This document shows positions 48,604-57,714 of a stretch of DNA of 64,000 bases, in pieces. The notes under the pieces are model-generated. The model worked only from the letters and a program-made list of their open reading frames with translations, had not been told where the DNA came from and did no database searches. The stretch comes from Spirochaetales bacterium (lineage in GTDB: Bacteria > Spirochaetota > Spirochaetia > Treponematales > UBA12059). The position numbers and the translations under genes were made by a program. The stretch spans positions 1-64,000 of the forward strand of contig JAFGJV010000029.1 of NCBI GenBank assembly GCA_016928955.1, read 5' to 3'. Each line of letters starts with the position of its first letter. Positions within the stretch are counted from its first letter, which is position 1.

Positions 48604-49772
48604 GGATTTTGCGCCTCAAGCAGGCCGGGAACATCTTCAAGCTTGCAGGGCGGCAGGATCTCCGGAGGCGAGTTTAATGCCGTGAACATGCGCCGGCCCT
48701 CATTCTCCACAATAAGCATGGGCTGAATGATGAGGCAGGTGTTGGTAAAATCCGCTTCAGGGTCATAATACAGCGGATACGCTCTCTCCAGCGCCATAGC
48801 CCCAGTACTCAAGCCGCTTGGCGCGCAGTCGGCCATGCCGAGGGGCTTGAATTCCGGCGGCGGCATCGAGCCGACCCTGGGGGTATGCTGGTACTCCGGG
48901 AAGTGCCGGCCTTCGTCGGCGCGCAAAGCATTGACTTTTCCATAAAACAAGCTTAGGGGATCATCGTCGGCGGGGCCACGCTCTTTACGAAATTCCTCCA
49001 GCTCCGGACTCGTGAGTATCCTCCCGTCATTGAGAGAGATAGGCGACATCCAGTCCACGTATACGCCTGGTATCCCCATGTCCGCGTCCACGACTCGTTT
49101 CTCGGCGTCGGTCTCGGGGTCAAATGCTATACCGAACATGAAGCCATAGAGCAGACGGCCACCAGGATAGTCCCCCTGATGGAACCTACCCTCAGGCAAG
49201 ACCAAGTCGCCCATAGCAGGATCTACGAATGTCTGTATGGTGTACATGTCAAGGTCGTTCCTAACATACCTGAACCGTATCGAACCAATGGGATAGTCTT
49301 CCGTAACTCCATCTATAAAGCTTACCCTGATGCTGTCTGCCACCAAACCGTCATAAGTTGGATCCAGTTCAAAGCTATAGGTGAGAACCCTGTACACCAA
49401 ACCGCTTGTATCATTTGGGATCCAATTGGTCAGAGCGTTGGCGGCGATATCGTCAGCGTAATCTCCATCACGCTCAAATGCCGTGCGGGTCAGGGGAATG
49501 GTCCTTCTGCTTGACGATTCAACGAACTCGGCCGCGTTTATGTTCGAGTACTGGGAAAATTCTGTGATGCCGGGCGAGTCGAGCAGATAGAGAGAAATTT
49601 CTTCGTTTGAGGGAGTTGCCCCGGACCAATACGTGCCGACATGCCTGAAAAAAGCCTGCCTGGCGTGGCCCAGCTCGGTACGCGCGGCCTCCCCGCCACG
49701 GGAGGTGAAAACCAGAATGATGGCTGCCACTAAAACGATCACAGCTAGCAAGGAAAGCGCTAAACGTTTCAT
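48600..49772 (-). CDS. Hypothetical N-terminally anchored extracytoplasmic protein (390 aa)
   Basis: MKRLALSLLAVIVLVAAIILVF anchor; GGAGGG RBS; stop overlaps the ATPase start. Confidence 0.75.
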   Translation of the reverse strand: MKRLALSLLAVIVLVAAIILVFTSRGGEAARTELGHARQAFFRHVGTYWSGATPSNEEISLYLLDSPGITEFSQYSNINAAEFVESSSRRTIPLTRTAFERDGDYADDIAANALTNWIPNDTSGLVYRVLTYSFELDPTYDGLVADSIRVSFIDGVTEDYPIGSIRFRYVRNDLDMYTIQTFVDPAMGDLVLPEGRFHQGDYPGGRLLYGFMFGIAFDPETDAEKRVVDADMGIPGVYVDWMSPISLNDGRILTSPELEEFRKERGPADDDPLSLFYGKVNALRADEGRHFPEYQHTPRVGSMPPPEFKPLGMADCAPSGLSTGAMALERAYPLYYDPEADFTNTCLIIQPMLIVENEGRRMFTALNSPPEILPPCKLEDVPGLLEAQNP

Positions 49773-49955
49773 ATCCCTCCAATCTAATGAATTGAGGTAG
49801 CTTGGGCGGCATGCGCCGCGCAGGCTCTCCAAGTCGATGCCATTTCCTACGCTAATTAGATCAAACCATGGGAAGAGAAGATGCCAACAGAGGCAAACCG
49901 AAGGTGTAGGGCAGCTGCCTCTCCTAGCTCACGCTGGATTGCGAGAGGGCATACA

Positions 49956-50423
49956 TCAGCTTCTGGTTATCCTTACATATTTTCCCCGAGTTCCAGATGC
50001 CGAACCGTTCTCGGTTTTAATCACCTTGGAAGATCCATCAGGAAATCTCTTCCAGGTTATCTTTATCACAGATCCGCTCCTGGTAGTCGAGCCCCAACGG
50101 ATATATCCACATTTTCCATTGCTAAAGGTAGCACTGACCGTAAGAGACTTTGTCACACTGCCTTCGCTCCTTAATTCTAAGCCTATCTCTCCAGCAATAA
50201 AACTAGCGCTTATGCTACCCGTCACGCTCAAAGTGGCCGTTCTTTCTTCTGTTTCCGAATATGTAACGCTCGTGCCGGGCAAAGTTTCAATATAGGCCTG
50301 ACCGCATTGCATGTTCGGACCATTACTATAGGATTTTGTTACCGCAGTGTCTGTCTCATATGCACCGGCCAGTCCTACAAAAAGCCCGACGATCAGCAGG
50401 GCCATTAAGCACTTTTTCCGCAT
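49956..50423 (-). CDS. Small secreted Ser/Thr-rich beta protein A (155 aa)
   Basis: AGGAGG RBS; Sec signal ending AGA; alternating amphipathic segment; two Cys in the mature part. Confidence 0.8.
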   Translation of the reverse strand: MRKKCLMALLIVGLFVGLAGAYETDTAVTKSYSNGPNMQCGQAYIETLPGTSVTYSETEERTATLSVTGSISASFIAGEIGLELRSEGSVTKSLTVSATFSNGKCGYIRWGSTTRSGSVIKITWKRFPDGSSKVIKTENGSASGTRGKYVRITRS

Positions 50424-50443
50424 ACTAAACCTCCTGGTTTGTT

Positions 50444-50914
50444 TCATTCAGTTTCTATAAAGACACCTTCGGTAGCCTCTATATCGCTCTGGGAAATGAC
50501 TGTATGTCTAACTGATCCATTTGGGTATCGTTTCCATTGTACATGCGTTACGACCAGTTGCACCACGCGGACGCCAGCCGTGACCCTTGCGGTTATGATG
50601 TTGGGATCATCAAAACTCAAGCGGATGGCGGATGAATACTCGCTCACTGTATTCACGGTAGTCTCCGGGGCTATGAGCTCATTCAGGAAAAACGGGACGG
50701 GGCCTCGCACTCTAAAATAAGCCGTTCTTTTGAAGGGGATAAGCACGGGTATCGGCGTCTGCTGATCCTTGTTTATGGTTTTGCTGATAAGAACCTGCCG
50801 ATACCGCTCGATCGAGTAGTCGTAGCCCTCATCGACTTCCAGCGACACGGCCTTGGGGAGGGCAAGGAACATGAACGCGCAGCACAGCGTATACATAAAT
50901 CGTTTTTCTTTCAT
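50444..50914 (-). CDS. Small secreted beta protein B (156 aa), apparent paralogue of A
   Basis: Sec-like signal ending AVS; shares RTA...V.G and WKR[FY]P[DN]GS with A. Confidence 0.78.
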   Translation of the reverse strand: MKEKRFMYTLCCAFMFLALPKAVSLEVDEGYDYSIERYRQVLISKTINKDQQTPIPVLIPFKRTAYFRVRGPVPFFLNELIAPETTVNTVSEYSSAIRLSFDDPNIITARVTAGVRVVQLVVTHVQWKRYPNGSVRHTVISQSDIEATEGVFIETE

Positions 50915-50944
50915 TATGCTCGTCCTGTATCAAACTTTTATCTT

Positions 50945-50973
50945 TCTATACCACCTGTAGCTCCTGATGTCAA
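50945..50973 (-). promoter_or_regulatory. Promoter of the island operon
   Basis: TTGACA-17 bp-TATAGA with a TGn extension. Confidence 0.65.
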
Positions 50974-51083
50974 GTTAGCTTTTTTTCGCGCCCTTGAACT
51001 CCCGCCTTATCACTCCTACCTTTTTGCCCGATTCCGTGCTATCGTGTTGGCTCACGCATTCTGGACAATCGGGAGGTGGCGTT

Positions 51084-52394
51084 ATGAGCGACGCGAAAGG
51101 CAGCTTCAAGCCATACCTTGGCTTGACCTTCCTCATCGGCTTTGGGTTCTTCACCATGGGCCTCATGGACATACTGTACGACAGCTATGTGCCCATCTTC
51201 CTGGGCTCGTACATCAAGGCCAACTGGCTGATCGGGGCCATCATGACCCTGGACAACGTGCTGGCCGTGTTCCTGATACCTTTCGTGTCGCTGTGGTCGG
51301 ACAACGCGCGGACCAAAATAGGCAGGCGCATGCCCTTCATCATCGTGCTCCTGCCGCTGTCGGCGGTGACCTTCTCCCTGATACCCTACGCGGCGCGCGA
51401 GTCGCTGGTGTCGCTCATACTGCTGGTGGGCGGGCTCAACCTGTTCAAGCAGTCGGTGCGCGGCCCCGTGGTCGCCCTGATGCCGGACACCATACCGGGC
51501 GAATTCCGCTCGGAGGCCAACGGCGTGATCAATACCATGGGCGCGCTCGGCGCTATCATCAGCACGGTGGGCTTGGCCAGGCTCATGGGCGTGGATGTGG
51601 TCCTGCCCTTCCTGGGGCGCACCAAGGACGCCCTGCCCTTCCCCATAGCCGGCCTGTGCGTGGTCCTGGCCACGCTCCTGGTATTCTTCTTCGTGCGCGA
51701 GCGCAACCGCGACGCGGCGGCCAAGGAGGAGCGCGTGCCCCTGGTGGCGTCGCTCAAGGCCATAGCGGGCGAGAAGGACAAGAGTGCGCTGTGGATACTC
51801 ATAGCCCTGTTCTTCTGGTTCTGGGGCTACCAGGGCATCCTGCCCTTCATAGCCAAGTTCAGCGTGGAGGTGCTGGGTACGAGCAACGCCAACGCCACCC
51901 TGCCCGCCTCGGCGGTGGCCATAGCCCAGCTGCTCTTTGCCATTCCGTCCGGCTACGTTGCGCACCGCATAGGCCGCAAGCGCGCGCTCCGGATATCGCT
52001 TCTGGCGCTGGTGGTCATCCTGCTGGTGGGCGGGTACCTGGCCAGCCCCCTGGCCGAGGCGCTGGGCTCGGGCGCCCGCTTCTACGCGCTCATGGGCATC
52101 ATGTTCCTGTACGGCATCTTCTGGATCACCATCATTACCAACTCGTTCCCCATGCTGTGGCAGATGGCGTCCTTCGGTACCATAGGCGTGTACACGGGCC
52201 TCTATTACACCTTCAGCCAGGCCGCGGCCATTACCGCGCCGTGGCTGACCGGCGCGCTGATAGATATCGTGGGCTACCCGGGCATCTTCGTGTTTGCCGC
52301 CCTGTGCATGGGCGTGGCCATGGCCGTGATGTCCCTGGTGCGCAAGGGCGAGCCGCACGACGATCCCAAGGGGCTGGAGGCGAGCGTCGCATGA
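51084..52394 (+). CDS. MFS transporter (sucrose/maltose-permease-like)
   Basis: About 12 TMs; WSDNARTKIGRRMPF, ALMPDTIP...RSEANG. Confidence 0.88.
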   Translation: MSDAKGSFKPYLGLTFLIGFGFFTMGLMDILYDSYVPIFLGSYIKANWLIGAIMTLDNVLAVFLIPFVSLWSDNARTKIGRRMPFIIVLLPLSAVTFSLIPYAARESLVSLILLVGGLNLFKQSVRGPVVALMPDTIPGEFRSEANGVINTMGALGAIISTVGLARLMGVDVVLPFLGRTKDALPFPIAGLCVVLATLLVFFFVRERNRDAAAKEERVPLVASLKAIAGEKDKSALWILIALFFWFWGYQGILPFIAKFSVEVLGTSNANATLPASAVAIAQLLFAIPSGYVAHRIGRKRALRISLLALVVILLVGGYLASPLAEALGSGARFYALMGIMFLYGIFWITIITNSFPMLWQMASFGTIGVYTGLYYTFSQAAAITAPWLTGALIDIVGYPGIFVFAALCMGVAMAVMSLVRKGEPHDDPKGLEASVA

Positions 52395-53266
52395 AATGGG
52401 CCCTGGTCCTGTCAGGCGGCGGGGCCCGGGGCCTTGCCCACATAGGGCTCCTTTCCGAGCTCGAGCGCAGGGGCGCGCCGAGGCCCGGCCTGGTGGCGGG
52501 CACGTCCATGGGCGCCATAGTCGGCGCCCTGTATGCCTGCGGCTGGGACGGCGAGCGCATGGAGCGCTACGCGCTCGGCTTTGACATAAAGCGCTACATG
52601 GAGAATCCTGCGTTCCGCCTGCCGGACTTTGCCCTGTCCAGGGTCCTGCAGGCCGGCACGGCCCTGGGCGTGCTGGCCATGAAGCGCGGCCTGGATTCGG
52701 GCGAGCGGGTCCTGGCCGAGCTTGAGCGCCTGTTCGAGGGGCGACGCTTTGAGGACCTGGACACGCCCTTTGCCTGCGTGGCCGTGGACCTGGTCAGCGG
52801 GCGGGAGCGCGTGTTCGACTCGGGGCCGCTGGCCCTGGCCGTGCGCGCCAGCATGTCCTTTCCCGGCGTGTTCGCCCCCGTTGCCATCGACGGCGGCCTC
52901 TACGCCGACGGAGGCATTGTTGACAATCTGCCCGTCCGCGCCGCCCTGGCCCGCGGGTACAAAAGGGTCCTGGCCTCCGACGTGTCGACCTTCCCGCCCC
53001 TGGAGCCCGAGCGCATGAAGAACGGCCTGTCCGTGCTCCTCCGTTGCTACGACGTGGCCTCCGAGAAGGCCCAGGGCAGGCCCCAGGACCAGGCCAGCCT
53101 CTACCTGCCCATCGAGGGGCCGGTGCCGATATTCGGTTTTGACCAGGCCGCCGACGCCCTGGCCATGGGCAGAAAGGCCGTGTCGGACGCAGCGCCGCGC
53201 CTGGACAGATTCTTCCGGCCGGGGCCTTTCCGTGGGCACCCCTTCCTGCGTACCTTGTTCCGATGA
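52391..53266 (+). CDS. Patatin-like phospholipase
   Basis: LSGGGARG, GTSMG, DGG. Confidence 0.92.
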   Translation: MKWALVLSGGGARGLAHIGLLSELERRGAPRPGLVAGTSMGAIVGALYACGWDGERMERYALGFDIKRYMENPAFRLPDFALSRVLQAGTALGVLAMKRGLDSGERVLAELERLFEGRRFEDLDTPFACVAVDLVSGRERVFDSGPLALAVRASMSFPGVFAPVAIDGGLYADGGIVDNLPVRAALARGYKRVLASDVSTFPPLEPERMKNGLSVLLRCYDVASEKAQGRPQDQASLYLPIEGPVPIFGFDQAADALAMGRKAVSDAAPRLDRFFRPGPFRGHPFLRTLFR

Positions 53267-54135
53267 AACGATTCACGGACGCCCTGGACACCCTGATTCG
53301 CTCGTACGAAGCGTCGGGTGGCGTCAACCACCGGGGCGGCAGCAACCTGCCGTCCAAGGAAGCCGTGCACTCCATCGTCGCCGGCCTGGAAACCCTGGCC
53401 TTTCCCGGTTACCGGCGCGAGGACCAGATAGACGACGCGAGCCTGCCCCACGTGATAGGCCAGCTGGCCCACCGGTTGGCCGGGGAGCTCATTCGGGAAA
53501 CGGCCCGGAGCCTTGAGTACGCGTACCGCCACGCCGGGCGCTCAGGCTGCCCGGCCGCCTGCCTGATGGAAGCCAAGGACATAGTGGACAGCCTGTTCGA
53601 GTCCCTGCCGGCCATACGCGCCACGCTGATGACCGACGTGCAGGCCTGCTTTGACGGTGACCCCGCGGCCAAGTCCGTGGAAGAGGTGATCCTGTCCTAC
53701 CCGGGCCTTGAGGCGGTGGCTGTGCACCGTTTTGCCAATTTCCTGTGGAAGCGCTCCGTGCCCCTGATCCCGCGCATGATGAGCGAATACGTGCACTCGC
53801 GCACCGGCATAGACATCCACCCGGGCGCTGCCATAGGCGAGCGTTTCTTCATAGACCACGGCACCGGGGTGGTCATAGGCGAGACCACGGTGATAGGCCG
53901 CAACGTCAAGGTGTACCAGGGCGTTACCCTGGGCGCCCTGAGCGTGCGCAAGGCGTCGGCGGATGTGAAGCGCCACCCGACCATAGGCGACGACGTGACC
54001 ATCTACTCCGGGGCCACCATCCTTGGCGGCGACACGGTCATAGGCTCGGGCAGCGTGATTGGCGGCAACGTGTGGCTGACGGAATCGGTGCCCGAGGGCT
54101 CCAGGGTGTACCTGCCCCAGGCATCAGGCGCCTGA
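53263..54135 (+). CDS. cysE: Serine O-acetyltransferase
   Basis: GDPAAKS, TGIDIHPGA, FIDHGTGVVIGET, KRHPTIG. Confidence 0.92.
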   Translation: MKRFTDALDTLIRSYEASGGVNHRGGSNLPSKEAVHSIVAGLETLAFPGYRREDQIDDASLPHVIGQLAHRLAGELIRETARSLEYAYRHAGRSGCPAACLMEAKDIVDSLFESLPAIRATLMTDVQACFDGDPAAKSVEEVILSYPGLEAVAVHRFANFLWKRSVPLIPRMMSEYVHSRTGIDIHPGAAIGERFFIDHGTGVVIGETTVIGRNVKVYQGVTLGALSVRKASADVKRHPTIGDDVTIYSGATILGGDTVIGSGSVIGGNVWLTESVPEGSRVYLPQASGA

Positions 54136-54138
54136 GGG

Positions 54139-54744
54139 TCAGGCGTCGGGCGGCGGGGACCGGTCGCGGAAAATGCTCACCGGCGGCTCGTCCATGGACC
54201 TGAGGGCGGCAAGGTAGTCGTCCTCTTTCCGTGAGAGGGTCAGGGCAGACACGCCGCCCAGGAATTTCCTGAGCACCCTGCCTGTACGCACCTCAAGGAA
54301 AATTTTCCGCGGCCGGGAGCCGCCCGTGTCCGAAGCGGCCACGCGTATGCCCTCGCGCTCCAGGTAGTCCAGGGCAAAGTCCACGTTGGCCGCGGCTATT
54401 TTTTTTGGTCCCGAGGACAGGCCCAGTATCGACGCGCCCCCGAACACCTTGGCTTCCAGGTCCGCCTTGCGCGAGCCGCCCTTGAGGAAATCGTTGTACA
54501 GAAGCTCGATGGCGTACATCCCGTATTTGGCTGGCTCCGAGTGGGCCAGGTCCTTGCCGTTCAGGGATTCCGGCAGCATGAAATGGTTGAGCCCGCCCAC
54601 GGAGCGCCTCGGGTCGTACAGGGAAACGGACACGCAGGAACCCAGCACGGTGGCTATGAGCACGTCGTCGCCCGAGACCAGGTATTCGCCGGGGTGTATG
54701 GTCAGCACGGCCCGCCGGGAGCCGGGGTACGACAGGGTGAACAT
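54139..54744 (-). CDS. cheD: Chemoreceptor glutamine deamidase
   Basis: TVLGSCVSV, GGLNHFMLP, AKVFGGA, DTGG. Confidence 0.93.
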   Translation of the reverse strand: MFTLSYPGSRRAVLTIHPGEYLVSGDDVLIATVLGSCVSVSLYDPRRSVGGLNHFMLPESLNGKDLAHSEPAKYGMYAIELLYNDFLKGGSRKADLEAKVFGGASILGLSSGPKKIAAANVDFALDYLEREGIRVAASDTGGSRPRKIFLEVRTGRVLRKFLGGVSALTLSRKEDDYLAALRSMDEPPVSIFRDRSPPPDA

Positions 54745-54756
54745 GGCGGCCGCACG

Positions 54757-56466
54757 CTAGAACAGCGTGACATCACCGCTTTCCGCAGCCTGGGCGTCCA
54801 GGTCCGACTCCATGCCGGCCAGCCGGGACGCCGTCTCCTTGTGCGTGAATATGGTAAAGCGGTCGATGATGTCCTTCAGGCGCTGGTCGCGGATGGATCC
54901 CGTGGACTGGTCCTCGTCCGACAGCGACGCCGACCGATCCGCCAGCTCGCCCTTCATGGCTGACAGGTCCTCTATCAGTTCGTTGATGCGGCCGGCCGTC
55001 TCGGACGCCGTGGTGACCGCCGTCACAAAGTCGTCGGTAAAGGGCCGGAACGACGACTCCGCGTCCCGTAGCTGGCGCTTTGACTCGCCCAGGCGGGTAA
55101 ACTCCTGGCGCAATCGCTCGATGCCGTCCTTCATCATGGCCTTGCCCGCGTCGCTGGTGCTCAGGTACTCGGCCACGCCGTGAGCCAGGCCCTTGGAGAA
55201 GCCCCGCGTGATGCCGCCTGCGGCGGCTATGTCCTGGGCCAGGCGCTCGGTCAGCTCCATCATGCCCAGCACGGTGTTGGACACGATGGCCAGGGCCTTG
55301 TTCCGCGCTGTTTCTATGCGCGACGCCGTGACGATGTTGCGGAAGCGCGACAGGATGGCGTCCACGGCCTTGAAGCGCTCGCCCAGCTTGTTGACCCCTG
55401 CCACAACGGAGCCGGCGTAATTTGACGCGCTGGCCTTGGCGTCCAGGTATGCCGCGGCAAGGGCGTCGAAATCCATGCCGGACCCGTCGTCCTCCGCGCC
55501 GGACGGCGGTTGGGCGCGCTTGTCCTCAACCCGCTCCATGATGCCGAGTATGGACGCCAGCTCGTCCTGGAGCTTGTCGTAGCTGGCCGCAGCCTTGGCC
55601 TGGATATCGCCCACCAGTTCCGACGACAGCCTGGTGATCTCCGCCAAGAACATGCGTTCCTCGGCGGCGTCGTATTTGTCCTCAGAACCGGCCACGGCGT
55701 CCAGGGCCAGGCGCACGTGGTCCAGGGACTGGCGGATGATGTCCTGCACCTGGACGCCCTGCATGACGCCAGCCACGGGCTCGCGCACGGTCTGCGCGTC
55801 CCGCGCAAGCGAGCGGAGCCAACCGGCAACTTCCAGCACGTCCTGGTCCAAAGACTCAAAGCCCGATTCCAGGGCATCGCGCACAGCCGCAAAGAAGGCT
55901 TCCTGCTTCTGCGCTAGCTCGCCCAGCGTAACCCTGAGCGTGGCCAGCTCCGTCATGAGCATGGCCCCGGCGCGGGACAAGTCGTCCGCGTGCTGTATGG
56001 TGCGCCCAGCCAGCTTTTTGAGCTCGTCGGTGATCACGGAGAAGGCCCGGCCGGCGGCGCCCGACTTGAACGCCACGGTCATGGCGTTCAGGGACACGAT
56101 TTCCATCTCCTCGGAGTCGGCGCGTATGCGGTCTATGATGTCGTCCAGGCGCCCGAGGCTCTCGATGTTGGTTTCTATGCCGGACAGAAATGCCGTCTCG
56201 ACTTTTGACGCGGACTCGAAAAAGCGGAGGGCGTCCTCTAGGAACTCGGCCTTGCGGCGCTTGGCCGCCTCCGCGCTGGCCCCCGAACGGTAGCCGGTCA
56301 TGATGGACTTGATGGCCGTCTCCGCGTTTCGGGCGCTCTCGTCAACGCCCTGTTTGATGGCGGGAAAGAGGGCCGCAAGCTCGAGGTACATGGCCTCGGT
56401 CTCGCGTTCGATTGCGTCTATGCGCTGGATCAGTTGGGATGCGGAAGCGTTCGCGTAAGCGCCCAT
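54757..56466 (-). CDS. Soluble MCP-like coiled-coil protein
   Basis: No TM; divergent signalling tip SLNAMTVAFKSGAAGRAFSVITDELKKLA; QVQDIIRQSLDHV; C-terminal GDVTLF. Confidence 0.75.
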   Translation of the reverse strand: MGAYANASASQLIQRIDAIERETEAMYLELAALFPAIKQGVDESARNAETAIKSIMTGYRSGASAEAAKRRKAEFLEDALRFFESASKVETAFLSGIETNIESLGRLDDIIDRIRADSEEMEIVSLNAMTVAFKSGAAGRAFSVITDELKKLAGRTIQHADDLSRAGAMLMTELATLRVTLGELAQKQEAFFAAVRDALESGFESLDQDVLEVAGWLRSLARDAQTVREPVAGVMQGVQVQDIIRQSLDHVRLALDAVAGSEDKYDAAEERMFLAEITRLSSELVGDIQAKAAASYDKLQDELASILGIMERVEDKRAQPPSGAEDDGSGMDFDALAAAYLDAKASASNYAGSVVAGVNKLGERFKAVDAILSRFRNIVTASRIETARNKALAIVSNTVLGMMELTERLAQDIAAAGGITRGFSKGLAHGVAEYLSTSDAGKAMMKDGIERLRQEFTRLGESKRQLRDAESSFRPFTDDFVTAVTTASETAGRINELIEDLSAMKGELADRSASLSDEDQSTGSIRDQRLKDIIDRFTIFTHKETASRLAGMESDLDAQAAESGDVTLF

Positions 56467-56532
56467 ATGCCTACTATACAGGAAGGGCTCCGCCCCCGCA
56501 AGGACGGAGCCCCTGGTCCCGGCAACCCGGGC

Positions 56533-57654
56533 TCAGGCCTTGTTGGGTTCCACGCGGTCCACGGGCAGAATGGACTCCTCGGTGTCCGCGTCAAAATAGC
56601 GGGCCTTGTCCATGACGGGGGCAAAGGCCACGTCGTCGCCTATGCGGAAATGGTGGTGGGGCGGCACCCTGGACACTACCTGGTGGGCGCTGGTCTGGGC
56701 CCACAGGTGGATCTCGGCGCCAAGCGGCTCGACCACGCTGATCTTGGTCTTGATGGACGACGACGCGCCCTTCTCGTCGTACGGCAGGTCCTCCGGCCTG
56801 ATGCCGAACACCAGTTCCTTGCCCACGTAGGGCTTGAGGGCGTCCATGTGCTCGGAGGCGGGTTTCAGGCGGCAGGAGCCCTCGTCCAGTACCACCGAGC
56901 CGCCCTCTGAGACGGCCTTGACCCTGATGAAGTTCATGGGCGGGCTGCCTATGAAACCCGCCACGAACTTGTTGATGGGATGGTTGTACAGGTACAGGGG
57001 CGAGCCTATCTGCTGGACGACGCCGTCCTTCATGACCACGATTTTGTCGCCCATGGTCATGGCCTCCACCTGGTCATGGGTGACGTATATCATGGTGGCC
57101 TGGAGCCGGTTGTGCAGCTCGATGATCTCGGCGCGCATCTGCACGCGGAGCTTGGCGTCCAGGTTGGACAGGGGCTCGTCGAAGAGGAAGACTTTTGGGT
57201 TGCGGACGATGGCGCGGCCCACGGCCACGCGCTGGCGCTGGCCGCCGGACAGCTGCTTGGGCTTGCGGTCCAGGTACTTCTCTATGTCCAGGATCTTGGC
57301 CGCCTCGCGCACGCGCCTGTCTATCTCGGCCTTGTCCACCTTGCGGATCTTGAGGCCGAACGCCATGTTGTCGTACACGCTCATGTGGGGATACAGGGCG
57401 TAGTTCTGGAACACCATGGCAATGTTCCGGTCTTTGGGCGGGACGTCGTTTACCAGCTCGTCGTCTATGAGGATCTGGCCGGAGCTGATGTCCTCAAGCC
57501 CCGCGATCATCCGGAGCGTGGTGGACTTGCCGCAGCCCGACGGGCCGACGAACACCACGAATTCCTTGTCTTCAATGACGATGTTGGCGGCGTCCACCGC
57601 CTTGACGTCACCGTCGTATACCTTGGTGACGTCCGTGAGTACTACCTTGGCCAT
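56533..57654 (-). CDS. Sugar ABC transporter ATPase (MalK/MsmX/UgpC family)
   Basis: GPSGCGKST, VFQNYALYPH, LSGGQRQR, DEPLSNLD; TOBE-like C-terminus. Confidence 0.95.
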   Translation of the reverse strand: MAKVVLTDVTKVYDGDVKAVDAANIVIEDKEFVVFVGPSGCGKSTTLRMIAGLEDISSGQILIDDELVNDVPPKDRNIAMVFQNYALYPHMSVYDNMAFGLKIRKVDKAEIDRRVREAAKILDIEKYLDRKPKQLSGGQRQRVAVGRAIVRNPKVFLFDEPLSNLDAKLRVQMRAEIIELHNRLQATMIYVTHDQVEAMTMGDKIVVMKDGVVQQIGSPLYLYNHPINKFVAGFIGSPPMNFIRVKAVSEGGSVVLDEGSCRLKPASEHMDALKPYVGKELVFGIRPEDLPYDEKGASSSIKTKISVVEPLGAEIHLWAQTSAHQVVSRVPPHHHFRIGDDVAFAPVMDKARYFDADTEESILPVDRVEPNKA

Positions 57655-57714
57655 AGGGCCCTCCTCGGTGAGGCTATCTTATGGTCGTCAGTGTACGGCC
57701 GTTTCCGCTTCCTG

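Noticed and set aside
40279..50973. A single integrated element running from ssrA to the low-GC island
   Set aside because: No integrase, no distal att copy noticed, and host-like genes (oadB, the 64-aa gene) lie in between.
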